In this document: positions 47,597 to 56,448 of the stretch, piece by piece
Layout of the letters: each line of letters opens with the position of its first letter
How positions within the stretch are numbered: position 1 is the stretch's first letter
Assembly: GCA_964474085.1 (NCBI GenBank)
Contig: CAYYRJ010000004.1
Coordinates: 11,656 to 75,655, forward strand
Source: an uncultured Planctomycetales bacterium
GTDB taxonomy: Bacteria; Omnitrophota; Gorgyraeia; Zapsychrales; JANLHA01
Length of the DNA: 64,000 nt
Reading direction: 5' to 3'
Notes under the pieces: generated by a model
What the model saw: only the letters and a program-made list of their open reading frames with translations
What the model was told of the DNA's origin: nothing
Databases searched by the model: none
Translations under genes and position numbers: made by a program

Positions 47597-48595
47597 ATGA
47601 GTAAAAAAGCATTGGTTTTTGGCGTCACCGGACAAGATGGCAGTTATTTAGCCGAGGTCCTTTTGGAAAAAGGCTATGAAGTCCATGGAATGGTCCGCCG
47701 TTCAGCAACCGGCAATACGCGCAATGTGGACCATTTAATTGCCGACCCGAAGATCTTTCAAAAAAACTTTTTTATCCATCGCGGCGATTTAGCAGATCCG
47801 ACATCCATCTATCGGATCATCAATGCCGTCAAGCCTCAGGAAATTTATAATGAAGCCGACCAGGATCATGTCGGCTGGAGTTATGATATGGTCGGGTTTT
47901 CAGCTGATATTACCGGCGCTGCCGTCGGGCGCATTCTGGAGATCATCAAACAAGTGAATCCTACGATCCGCTATTTTCAGCCATGCACCTCCAACATGTT
48001 TGGAAAAACAGAAACAATCTCTCAAAGTGAAACAACCCCCTTTAATCCGCAAAGCCCCTATGCGTGTTCCAAACTTTTTGCCTATCATTTGACGCGCTAT
48101 TACCGGGAGGCGTTTGGGATTTTTGCGTCAAACGCGATTCTTTACAATCACGAATCTCCTCGACGCACGCCCGAGTATGTCACACGCAAAATCACACAAT
48201 CCGTGGCAAGGATCGCTTGTGGGAAACAAGATAAGCTTATCTTAGGCGATCTGACGGCGTGTATCGATTGGGGCTATGCTAAAGAATATATGCAAGCGGC
48301 TTGGCAAATCCTTCAACTCGATAAACCGGACGACTTTATCATCGCAACAGGCGAAACGCATAGTGTTGAAGAATGGGTCAAAGAAGCATTTGCGGTTGTT
48401 AATCTCAAATCCGATGACTATGTCTTGACCGATCCTAAACTTTTACGACCGACCAAAACGTCGACCTTAACCGGGGATATCAGCAAAGCCAAAAAGGCTT
48501 TTGGGTTTGACCCCAAAATCAAATTTAAAGAGTTGGTCAAGCTGATGGTAGAAGCGGATTTAGAAAGGGAGCGTGGTCATGGCCACAGAGAATAA
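47597..48595 (+). CDS. gmd: GDP-mannose 4,6-dehydratase
   Basis: KALVFGVTGQDGSYLAEVLLEKGYEVHGMVRRSA is a near-consensus Gmd N-terminus; YACSK catalytic motif. Confidence 0.9.
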   Translation: MSKKALVFGVTGQDGSYLAEVLLEKGYEVHGMVRRSATGNTRNVDHLIADPKIFQKNFFIHRGDLADPTSIYRIINAVKPQEIYNEADQDHVGWSYDMVGFSADITGAAVGRILEIIKQVNPTIRYFQPCTSNMFGKTETISQSETTPFNPQSPYACSKLFAYHLTRYYREAFGIFASNAILYNHESPRRTPEYVTRKITQSVARIACGKQDKLILGDLTACIDWGYAKEYMQAAWQILQLDKPDDFIIATGETHSVEEWVKEAFAVVNLKSDDYVLTDPKLLRPTKTSTLTGDISKAKKAFGFDPKIKFKELVKLMVEADLERERGHGHRE

Positions 48596-49622
48596 AATCA
48601 AGATTTCAATTTGTATCCCGACGCATAACCGCGCCAAATTTTTGGCTGAAACGCTCGAGAATGTGTTGCAGCAAGCTACCGATGAGATTGAAGTCGTCAT
48701 CGTTGACGGAGCTTCAAGCGATAATACAAAAGAAGTTGCCGAAGAATACCGGCAAAAATTCCGCAACTTTATCTATTATCGTGGCGAAAAAAATATGGGT
48801 GTCAATCGCGACATGGGCCGGACGATTGAACTGGCGCACGGCGATTATTGCTGGATGCTCTCGGACGATGATTGTTTGCGTCCCGGCGCTTTAAATCAAA
48901 TGTTAAATGAAATCCAGTCGCAGTGCGAGATTTACCTCTGCAATGTTACCGTCTGCGACTTGTTTCTCAACCCGCTGCGAGACCGCCAGTGGCTTTCTGC
49001 CAAAGTTCCTGAAAGAATCTTTAATCTTCACGAAAAAAATGACTTTATCGAATACTGCCAAAACGCCAATTCGATTGGCGCACTTTTTAGTTATATGAGT
49101 TCCATCGTAGTGTCTCGTAAAGCCTGGAACCAAACCGGTTATCATCAAGATTTTGACAAAACCGCTTACGCGCTGGCCTCATCGCTGATGTCTTTTATCA
49201 AAGAAAAATGCCGGTTAAAGTATCTTCGAACTCCTTTAGTGTTTTGGCGCAATGATAATGCAAGCTTCCAATTCGACGGAGGCTTGGTCAAAAGGTTTCT
49301 TCTGGATTTTGACGGGTATTTGCAGTTGGCCGATAAATATTTGCCCGAAGACACCCCGATGCGTGATGCCTTTTTGCATGTGATGTTGCGCGAGCATCCC
49401 TGGTACACCATTGTTAACGTCACCTCTTATATTCATGACGACCAAGAATGGCAGGATTTCAAAAACAAAATGCTCAAATTCGGGTATCATCCGCAGATGG
49501 CACAGATTTGCTTTTCACTGGGGAGATACAAGAACCTTGTGTCCTTTGCTGTTATGATCAAGCGCAAAATACTTAAAAGCCATCGGCTAAATCAGTTTGC
49601 AAGGTTATTGTGGAAGCATTAA
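48573..49622 (+). CDS. Family 2 glycosyltransferase
   Basis: ISICIPTHNRAKFLAETLENVLQQ...VVIVDGASSD. Confidence 0.75.
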   Translation: MVMATENKIKISICIPTHNRAKFLAETLENVLQQATDEIEVVIVDGASSDNTKEVAEEYRQKFRNFIYYRGEKNMGVNRDMGRTIELAHGDYCWMLSDDDCLRPGALNQMLNEIQSQCEIYLCNVTVCDLFLNPLRDRQWLSAKVPERIFNLHEKNDFIEYCQNANSIGALFSYMSSIVVSRKAWNQTGYHQDFDKTAYALASSLMSFIKEKCRLKYLRTPLVFWRNDNASFQFDGGLVKRFLLDFDGYLQLADKYLPEDTPMRDAFLHVMLREHPWYTIVNVTSYIHDDQEWQDFKNKMLKFGYHPQMAQICFSLGRYKNLVSFAVMIKRKILKSHRLNQFARLLWKH

Positions 49623-49638
49623 TCAGAATATCGTCAAA

Positions 49639-50907
49639 ATGATAACCTTTTTGAATTATTTGCTCGTTCTGAATATTTTTTCGGGAGGTCTGACCTTATT
49701 TACATCACCTTTCGAATTTTATTTCGGATATACCTTCTTACTGGCTTTCCTCATCTTGTATATTTTGCTTTTCCGCAATATCACTTGCCATAAAACTTTT
49801 CTCGCTATTTTATCAATTCTGACGATTTTTTCTCTGGTGAATGTTTATCTGGGAAAAGACACGATGTCTCTTCTGATCAAACAAATTGCCGGCATCCTGT
49901 TAAATGCCATCGCATATTATTTATTGCTTAATATTAACCAATATAAAGTTGAAAGATTATTCAAAGCGTATTTGCAAATCGCCCTTTGCGTCGCTGCCCT
50001 TGGAATTTTTCAGGAATTAAGTTTTTTGATCCACTTCGAAAAGGGTTACGAGTACGGATGGATTTTTAATAAATGGTATTCTTCTCCGGCGACAGGGGGG
50101 ATGTTGAGGGTCAACTCGGTTTTTATGGAACCGTCTCATTTTGCAATCGCAATGGCTCCCGCGATGTTTATCGCCGTATCAAGGCTTTTTAAAAAAAATT
50201 CCCCTTACTTAAAATCCGTATGGAGCAGCCTGATTCTCATTACAAGTTATCTGTTAACATTTTCTGCAATTGCCTATTTTGCGATCGCCTTAAGTATCGT
50301 GCTGTTGCTGAATATTAAAAAATGGAAATACTCGCTTTTATTAATCGTCCTTGTCCCTTTTTTAAGTTTTGCCGCGTATCGTTTTATCCCCGAAATCCGC
50401 ATGCGGGTTGACTCGACTCTTGGTGTGGCACTCGGTTCAAAAAACCTCGCCACATCACACCTAAGCGTCTATGTTGTAGCGAGCAATGCATTTGTGGCTT
50501 ACAAAAGTCTTACCGATAATATCTTGTTCGGACATGGTTTAGGCAGTCATCCGGTTTCTTATGATCAATATATCGTCTTTGATATCGATGGCGGGTTTTG
50601 GTCCAATAAATATCCGCGCGCTAACAAAGCGGATGCTGGGTCTCTTTTGCTGCGTTTGCTCTCGGAAACAGGACTGTTTGGCACAATCGCCGTTCTTTAT
50701 TTTGTGTTTAAATTCCGCCTTAAAATGCGAGATGAAACAGACATGACCCTGATCAGCAATGCGATTTTTGTTTTACTCATTCTGCAGTTGTTAAAACAAG
50801 GGCATTATTTTTATAATGGACTGTTTTTCTTCGTCTGGGTGTATTATTTTGCATATCAAATACATCGTCAGAAAAACCGTCAAATGTTGCAGGTAAAAAA
50901 TCCTTGA
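49639..50907 (+). CDS. O-antigen polymerase/ligase-like (Wzy family) polytopic membrane protein
   Basis: About 11 TM helices with a large periplasmic loop near the C-terminal third (Wzy_C-like). No other function is recognisable. Confidence 0.5.
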   Translation: MITFLNYLLVLNIFSGGLTLFTSPFEFYFGYTFLLAFLILYILLFRNITCHKTFLAILSILTIFSLVNVYLGKDTMSLLIKQIAGILLNAIAYYLLLNINQYKVERLFKAYLQIALCVAALGIFQELSFLIHFEKGYEYGWIFNKWYSSPATGGMLRVNSVFMEPSHFAIAMAPAMFIAVSRLFKKNSPYLKSVWSSLILITSYLLTFSAIAYFAIALSIVLLLNIKKWKYSLLLIVLVPFLSFAAYRFIPEIRMRVDSTLGVALGSKNLATSHLSVYVVASNAFVAYKSLTDNILFGHGLGSHPVSYDQYIVFDIDGGFWSNKYPRANKADAGSLLLRLLSETGLFGTIAVLYFVFKFRLKMRDETDMTLISNAIFVLLILQLLKQGHYFYNGLFFFVWVYYFAYQIHRQKNRQMLQVKNP

Positions 50908-51992
50908 AAAAAGTCATTATTGTCTCTGCGGTCAACCTCACGCAAGCAGGCCCTTTAACCGTCCTTCAAGAATGCCTTAAATATTTATCTGACAATTTGG
51001 CCGATAAATATCGGGTCATTGCGCTCGTCAACAAAAAGAAATTGTTTGACTTGGCTAATATCGAATATTTAGAGTTTCCTAAGTCAAAAAAGTCGTGGTT
51101 TAACCGTTTATTTTACGAATACTATTATTTTCGAAAGATATCAGAACAGTACCGTCCAGATCTATGGTTGTCTCTGCATGATATGACGCCAAACGTCTGC
51201 GCAAAGCGGTTAGCTGTCTATTGCCATAATGCCTCGGCGTTTTACAAGCTGTCTTTGAAAGAAGCGTCTTTGGACGTGCGATTTACTCTGTTTAATCTGT
51301 TCTACAAATATTTATATTTGATCAACATCAAAAAAAATGATTTTATCGTCGTGCAACAAAGTTATTTAAGAAGTATCTTCCAAGAGTTTGCCCCGCAAGC
51401 TAAGATTATTGTGGCGCACCCGAATATAAGCGAAGGCGAAGAAAGCAATTGTTCTGTTTTAAAAGAAAATATTTTCTTTTATCCGTCATTCCCAAGAGTT
51501 TTTAAAAATTTTGAAATTATCGGCAAAGCCTGCGAGATATTAACACAACAGGGCGTTGTCGATTTTCAAGTTATCTTTACCATTTCGGGGAGCGAAAACC
51601 ATTATGCCCGATTGATCTACAATTCTTTTAAACATATTAAACAAATCAAATTTATAGGAATTCAGCAAAAAGAAAATGTTTATGAGCTTTATCGTCGGGC
51701 TTGTTGTGTCATTTTTCCCTCAAAATTAGAAACGTGGGGCATGCCGATCACCGAAGCTAAACATCTGGGCAAACCACTTCTTTTAGCCGATTTGGAATAT
51801 GCCCATGAAACGCTGGGAAGCTATGATAAAGCCAAATTCTTTGATGCCAAAAGCCCCGAACAACTAGCGATAGCTATGAAAAGCGTTATCGACAAAACCA
51901 TCCTTTTTGAGAAACATCACGCCAAGCCGATCATCCCACCTTTCACACAAAGCTGGAAAGAACTGTTTAATATTTTATTGCACGACGTTTGA
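50904..51992 (+). CDS. GT4-family (GT-B, glycosyl transferase group 1) glycosyltransferase
   Basis: C-terminal EX7E-like region (ETWGMPITEAKHLGKPLL) typical of GT4. Confidence 0.7.
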   Translation: MKKVIIVSAVNLTQAGPLTVLQECLKYLSDNLADKYRVIALVNKKKLFDLANIEYLEFPKSKKSWFNRLFYEYYYFRKISEQYRPDLWLSLHDMTPNVCAKRLAVYCHNASAFYKLSLKEASLDVRFTLFNLFYKYLYLINIKKNDFIVVQQSYLRSIFQEFAPQAKIIVAHPNISEGEESNCSVLKENIFFYPSFPRVFKNFEIIGKACEILTQQGVVDFQVIFTISGSENHYARLIYNSFKHIKQIKFIGIQQKENVYELYRRACCVIFPSKLETWGMPITEAKHLGKPLLLADLEYAHETLGSYDKAKFFDAKSPEQLAIAMKSVIDKTILFEKHHAKPIIPPFTQSWKELFNILLHDV

Positions 51993-52023
51993 AAAAATAA
52001 ATAAAATTTGGTAAGGTTAACCC

Positions 52024-52854
52024 ATGTATGACATTATCGCTTCGATTGTCACTTATAAAAATGACACAACCACTTTGTCAAAAGCCATCGCAAGCTTTTT
52101 AAATTCGGGCTTAAAGACGTATCTTTATGTCATCGACAATTCTCCGACAAACGAACTGAAGGATGTTTGCGCCTTTAAAAACGTCGAATACATCTTCAAT
52201 AATAAGAATGTGGGTTTTGGATCTGGGCATAATATAGCCCTGCGTAAAATGTCCAGCCAAACAAAATATTCGCTCATTTTAAACCCGGACGTTTACTTTG
52301 AGCCAAGGACACTCGAGAAATTATTTGATTTTATGGAAAAAAACAACGATGTCGGACTTGTTCTGCCTAAAGTTTTATATCCCGACGGTTCTTTGCAATA
52401 TCTTTGCCGATTATTGCCGGATCCCTGCGATATGCTCCTTCGAAAAATCGAAATAAAATTTTTAAGTCCTCTGCTGGATGCACAAAAAGCCCGCTACGAG
52501 CTTAGGTTTGCCGATTACAATACCCAAATGGAAGCTCCGTATTTGTCAGGATGTTTTATGTTTTTAAGAACAAATATCCTCGAAAAGACCGGTATTTTTG
52601 ATGAGCGTTTTTTTATCTATTTTGAAGATGTTGATTTGTCCAGACGAATTCACAAGCACTATCGCACCGTCTATTACCCAGAAGCGCTCATCACGCATGG
52701 ATATCAGCGCGGTTCCAATAAAGACAGCCATCTGCTCAAACATCTTGTTTCTTCGGGCATAAAATATTTTAATAAATGGGGCTGGTTTTTTGACCGCGAA
52801 CGAAAATTGGCGAACACGAAAGCAATAAAAAATTGCTACAAAAATCGTCTTTAA
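52024..52854 (+). CDS. Family 2 glycosyltransferase (rhamnosyltransferase-like)
   Basis: IVTYKNDTTTL...YVIDNSP and FEDVDLS motifs. Confidence 0.7.
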   Translation: MYDIIASIVTYKNDTTTLSKAIASFLNSGLKTYLYVIDNSPTNELKDVCAFKNVEYIFNNKNVGFGSGHNIALRKMSSQTKYSLILNPDVYFEPRTLEKLFDFMEKNNDVGLVLPKVLYPDGSLQYLCRLLPDPCDMLLRKIEIKFLSPLLDAQKARYELRFADYNTQMEAPYLSGCFMFLRTNILEKTGIFDERFFIYFEDVDLSRRIHKHYRTVYYPEALITHGYQRGSNKDSHLLKHLVSSGIKYFNKWGWFFDRERKLANTKAIKNCYKNRL

Positions 52855-52869
52855 AGGAACAAAGAAAAA

Positions 52870-54573
52870 ATGCCAACCGTTTTAATTACAGGCGCGACAG
52901 GGTTTATCGGGCGTGCTCTTTGCGTAAAAATGTTAAGTGAAGGGTGGAAGGTTAAAGGAACTTTTCGAAAAGAGTCCGAACCAAACACCCTGCCGCAAAG
53001 GGTTATCGGCGTTGCTCTGGACTTAACCAGTCCGTCTGTTTGCCCTCAAAGTGATTTTGCGGATGTCGATGTCGTCGTCCACTTGGCCGCACGTGTGCAC
53101 ATTCTCAAAGACCCGTCGAAAAATCCGCTTGAAGATTTTCGCAAAGCCAATGTCCAGGGAACAGAACATTTGGCGCGCATGGCAAAGGAAGCGGGGGTCA
53201 AAAGATTTATTTTTATCAGTTCCGTCAAAGTCAATGGGCAAGGGGCAAACCGCCCTTACAAAGAAACTGATATCCCGGCACCCGAAGATGCTTATGGAAT
53301 AACCAAGCGGGAAGCTGAAGACGTATTGAAAAATATTTCGCTTCAGACGGGTTTACCGACCGTCATTTTACGGCTACCCTTAGTTTATGGCCCGGGGGTG
53401 AAAGCGAATTTTAAAAATTTGATTAAGCTCGCTTCGTTGGGGCTGCCGTTGCCGTTTAAAAATATCCGCAATCAACGCAGTTTTCTTTATCTGGGTAATC
53501 TTATCGATGCGATAACGCTGTGCATCACGCATCCTAAGGCGATAAGCGAAACTTTTTTAGTCAGCGATGGGGAAGATATTTCAACACCAGATCTTCTGCG
53601 GCTGATCGCTGCGGCAAAAAACAAGCGACTCATTTTATTTTCTTTACCAACAGATTTTTTAAACAGGCTTGGAGCTCTGTTTAGACAAAATAAAACAATA
53701 GAAAAATTAACCGGTTCTCTGTGTGTTGACAACCGTAAAATCCAAAATTTACTCGGCTGGAAACCGCCCTTTACGCTAGAAGAGGGGATTGCAGAAACCG
53801 TTAAATTTCTCGAACATGATAAACCCAGATTTTGCATTAGCCAAACTCCTGTTTGGCCAAAGCAAAATCTGCCCGAAGGGCCGCATGTCTCGACAAAGTC
53901 GAGACGTGCGGGGTTAATCCTTGCGGTAAACCGCAACCGAAGGCAAATTTTGCATTTCCCTTTTTTGTGCGTGACGGATCGTCACGCACTATGTTGTAAT
54001 GCAAAATTTGGGATAAAACGCACCTTTGACCTGACTTTAGCAATTATTTTAATCCTTCTCTTGGCTTTGCCGATTCTTTTGATTGGCGCTTTTATCAAAT
54101 TAAAATCCAAAGGCCCGGCTTTTTTTTGGACGGATCGCGTCGGTGTCAATAACAACATTTTCAAAATGGTTAAATTCCGGACCATGCGCACCGACACGCC
54201 GCAGCTGGCCACGCATCTGATGAAAAATCCGCAAGACTATTTAATTGCAGGGGGAGAATTTTTGCGCAAGTACAGCCTTGATGAATTGCCGCAATTATTC
54301 AATGTGATTAAAGGGGATATGAGTTTTGTGGGACCTCGGCCGGCTCTGTTTAATCAGGATGATTTAGTGGCCCTGAGAACAGCCAAAGGGGTTCACAGGT
54401 TGATCCCCGGGATTACCGGCTGGGCTCAAGTTAACGGACGAGATGATTTGCCAATCCCCCAAAAAGTTTCGTTTGATGAAGAGTACTTACATCGACGGTC
54501 TTTGGCGTTTGATCTGTATATTATTTTTTTAACCGCATATAAAGTTCTTAAAAAAGAAGGCGTACGCCATTAA
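52870..54573 (+). CDS. Fusion protein: N-terminal NAD-dependent nucleotide-sugar epimerase + C-terminal small phosphoglycosyl transferase (PglC/WbaP-C-like bacterial sugar transferase)
   Basis: N-terminal VLITGATGFIGRAL epimerase domain (about 310 aa). C-terminal single TM followed by KMVKFRTMRTD and DELPQLFNVIKGDMSFVGPRP, the PGT catalytic signature. There is no in-frame stop between the domains. The linker is encoded by three perfect hairpins (53887-53989). Confidence 0.7.
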   Translation: MPTVLITGATGFIGRALCVKMLSEGWKVKGTFRKESEPNTLPQRVIGVALDLTSPSVCPQSDFADVDVVVHLAARVHILKDPSKNPLEDFRKANVQGTEHLARMAKEAGVKRFIFISSVKVNGQGANRPYKETDIPAPEDAYGITKREAEDVLKNISLQTGLPTVILRLPLVYGPGVKANFKNLIKLASLGLPLPFKNIRNQRSFLYLGNLIDAITLCITHPKAISETFLVSDGEDISTPDLLRLIAAAKNKRLILFSLPTDFLNRLGALFRQNKTIEKLTGSLCVDNRKIQNLLGWKPPFTLEEGIAETVKFLEHDKPRFCISQTPVWPKQNLPEGPHVSTKSRRAGLILAVNRNRRQILHFPFLCVTDRHALCCNAKFGIKRTFDLTLAIILILLLALPILLIGAFIKLKSKGPAFFWTDRVGVNNNIFKMVKFRTMRTDTPQLATHLMKNPQDYLIAGGEFLRKYSLDELPQLFNVIKGDMSFVGPRPALFNQDDLVALRTAKGVHRLIPGITGWAQVNGRDDLPIPQKVSFDEEYLHRRSLAFDLYIIFLTAYKVLKKEGVRH

Positions 54574-54621
54574 TTTCTGCTAAGATTGATTTCAAATTTT
54601 TTAAATTCCTATACTCGACCT

Positions 54622-56448
54622 ATGAATATAAAATCATTTCTCCTCAAATTCCGTCGTCCAATTGTTGTTATTGTGCATCTTGTTTTGGTGACCATCGCTT
54701 ATGTGATGGCTTTTTATCTGCGTTTGGATTTTAATATCAGCAGCACTTACTGGGGCGTCATCGAACGGACCCTGCCGCTGTTAATTTGTATTAAAACAAT
54801 CATTTTTGGGTCCTTTGGCCTGTTCTCGGGGCTGTGGCGATATATCGGCATTTCTGACATTTGGCGGATCATCAAAGTCCATGTGTTGGCGATGTTGTGT
54901 TTTGTTTTTATTATTTATGTCGCCTATCCTTTAAATGGATTTCCCCGGTCAATCTTTATTTTAGATTGCGTCTTGAGTTTTTGCCTTGTGACAGGCATCC
55001 GTTTTGTGACACGATTATTTAGAGAAAAATACCGGCCTGTTCCCGGTAGCACAAGAAAAAGGGCAATTATTGTCGGCGCGGGGGATGCGGGCGTGTTGGT
55101 GTTGCGCGATGTCAAATCGAATGTAAAAGCCAATCTCCAAATTGTCGGTTTTATCGACGATGATCCGGCCAAGAAGAATTTACATATTCAAGGAATTCCT
55201 ATCTTAGGCAACCAGAATGATATCCCGGAAATTGTCAATAAGTTTGGGGTCGATGAAGTGATTATTTCGATCCCTTCGGCCAAGGGAGAGACGATTCGAA
55301 GCATCGTCGCCAAGTGCGAAATATTATCCGTAAGAATCCGTATCGTCCCGGGATTACAAAAAATATTAAACGGCGAAATTGAAGTCAAACCCCGCGACAT
55401 AAGGCCGGAAGACCTTTTAGGCAGAGAAACCGTCACAATCAATGCGAAGGAAATCAGCAGTTACCTGACCCAAAAAGTCGTTTTGGTAACCGGCGCCGGC
55501 GGGTCAATCGGGTCGTGTCTTTGCCGGCAAATCGTAACGTTTAACCCTAAAGAACTCGTGCTGTTTGATCATAATGAAAATGATGTCTATTATCTAGTCA
55601 TTGATTTCTTGCGAAAATATCCGCACATCAAATTCAGAAGCATTATCGGGGATGTAAAAGATATCGGGCTTTTAAAAAATATGTTTTCACTTTACAAGCC
55701 GCAGGTGATCTTTCACGCCGCCGCCCATAAACATGTGCCTTTGATGGAAGAAAACCCGGTAGCTGCGGTAAAAAATAATGTTATCGGGACCCGCAATCTT
55801 ATTTATGCAGCTGACCATTATGGCGTCGAACGCTTTATTCTGATTTCATCCGATAAAGCAGTCAATCCAACCAATGTCATGGGAGCGACCAAACGTGTTG
55901 CCGAGATGATCCTGCAATCAAAGGCGAAACAAAGCAAAACCAAATTTATGGCCGTTCGGTTTGGAAATGTTTTAGGCTCCAACGGAAGCGTTGTCCCGTT
56001 ATTTAAAAAACAGATCGAACAAGGCGGGCCGGTCACCGTGACTGACCCAGACGTGACGAGATATTTTATGAGTGTCGATGAGGCTTGCCAGCTGGTTTTG
56101 CAGGCCGGAAGTATGGGTAAGGCAGGCGAAATTTTTATTTTGGATATGGGGGAACAAATCAAAATTTTGGATCTGGCCAAGGAACTTATCACGCTCTACG
56201 GTCTTAAACCCGACGAGGACATTAAAATCGAAATGATCGGTTTGCGCCCGGGCGAAAAACTTTACGAAGAAACATTGTTAGACACCGAAAGAGACCAAGC
56301 CACAAAGGAAGAAAAAATATATATCGCCCAATCTCTGCATTTTGACCCGCGGGCACTGCGGCGTGACATCAAAGAACTCGAAAAACTTATCAATGTCATG
56401 GACGGTCCGAAGGTTGCCAAGAAATTAAAAGAAATTATTACCGCATGA
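54622..56448 (+). CDS. Membrane-anchored UDP-sugar 4,6-dehydratase (CapD/WbpM/PglF family)
   Basis: Four N-terminal TM helices, then VVLVTGAGGSIGSCLCRQIV Rossmann motif and the CapD family C-terminal domain. Confidence 0.85.
   Translation: MNIKSFLLKFRRPIVVIVHLVLVTIAYVMAFYLRLDFNISSTYWGVIERTLPLLICIKTIIFGSFGLFSGLWRYIGISDIWRIIKVHVLAMLCFVFIIYVAYPLNGFPRSIFILDCVLSFCLVTGIRFVTRLFREKYRPVPGSTRKRAIIVGAGDAGVLVLRDVKSNVKANLQIVGFIDDDPAKKNLHIQGIPILGNQNDIPEIVNKFGVDEVIISIPSAKGETIRSIVAKCEILSVRIRIVPGLQKILNGEIEVKPRDIRPEDLLGRETVTINAKEISSYLTQKVVLVTGAGGSIGSCLCRQIVTFNPKELVLFDHNENDVYYLVIDFLRKYPHIKFRSIIGDVKDIGLLKNMFSLYKPQVIFHAAAHKHVPLMEENPVAAVKNNVIGTRNLIYAADHYGVERFILISSDKAVNPTNVMGATKRVAEMILQSKAKQSKTKFMAVRFGNVLGSNGSVVPLFKKQIEQGGPVTVTDPDVTRYFMSVDEACQLVLQAGSMGKAGEIFILDMGEQIKILDLAKELITLYGLKPDEDIKIEMIGLRPGEKLYEETLLDTERDQATKEEKIYIAQSLHFDPRALRRDIKELEKLINVMDGPKVAKKLKEIITA

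Noticed and set aside
49597-49638. ORF-track start at 49597 for the Wzy-like membrane protein
   Set aside because: It overlaps the preceding GT2 by 26 nt. The downstream ATG at 49639 precedes the first TM helix and avoids the overlap; confidence is low either way.
53887-53989. Interpreting the three hairpins as an intergenic terminator region splitting the epimerase and PGT into two genes
   Set aside because: There is no in-frame stop codon anywhere between the domains, no canonical start before the PGT TM helix, and no U-tract after any hairpin. The sequence as given encodes a fusion, which is flagged as a finding rather than re-annotated.
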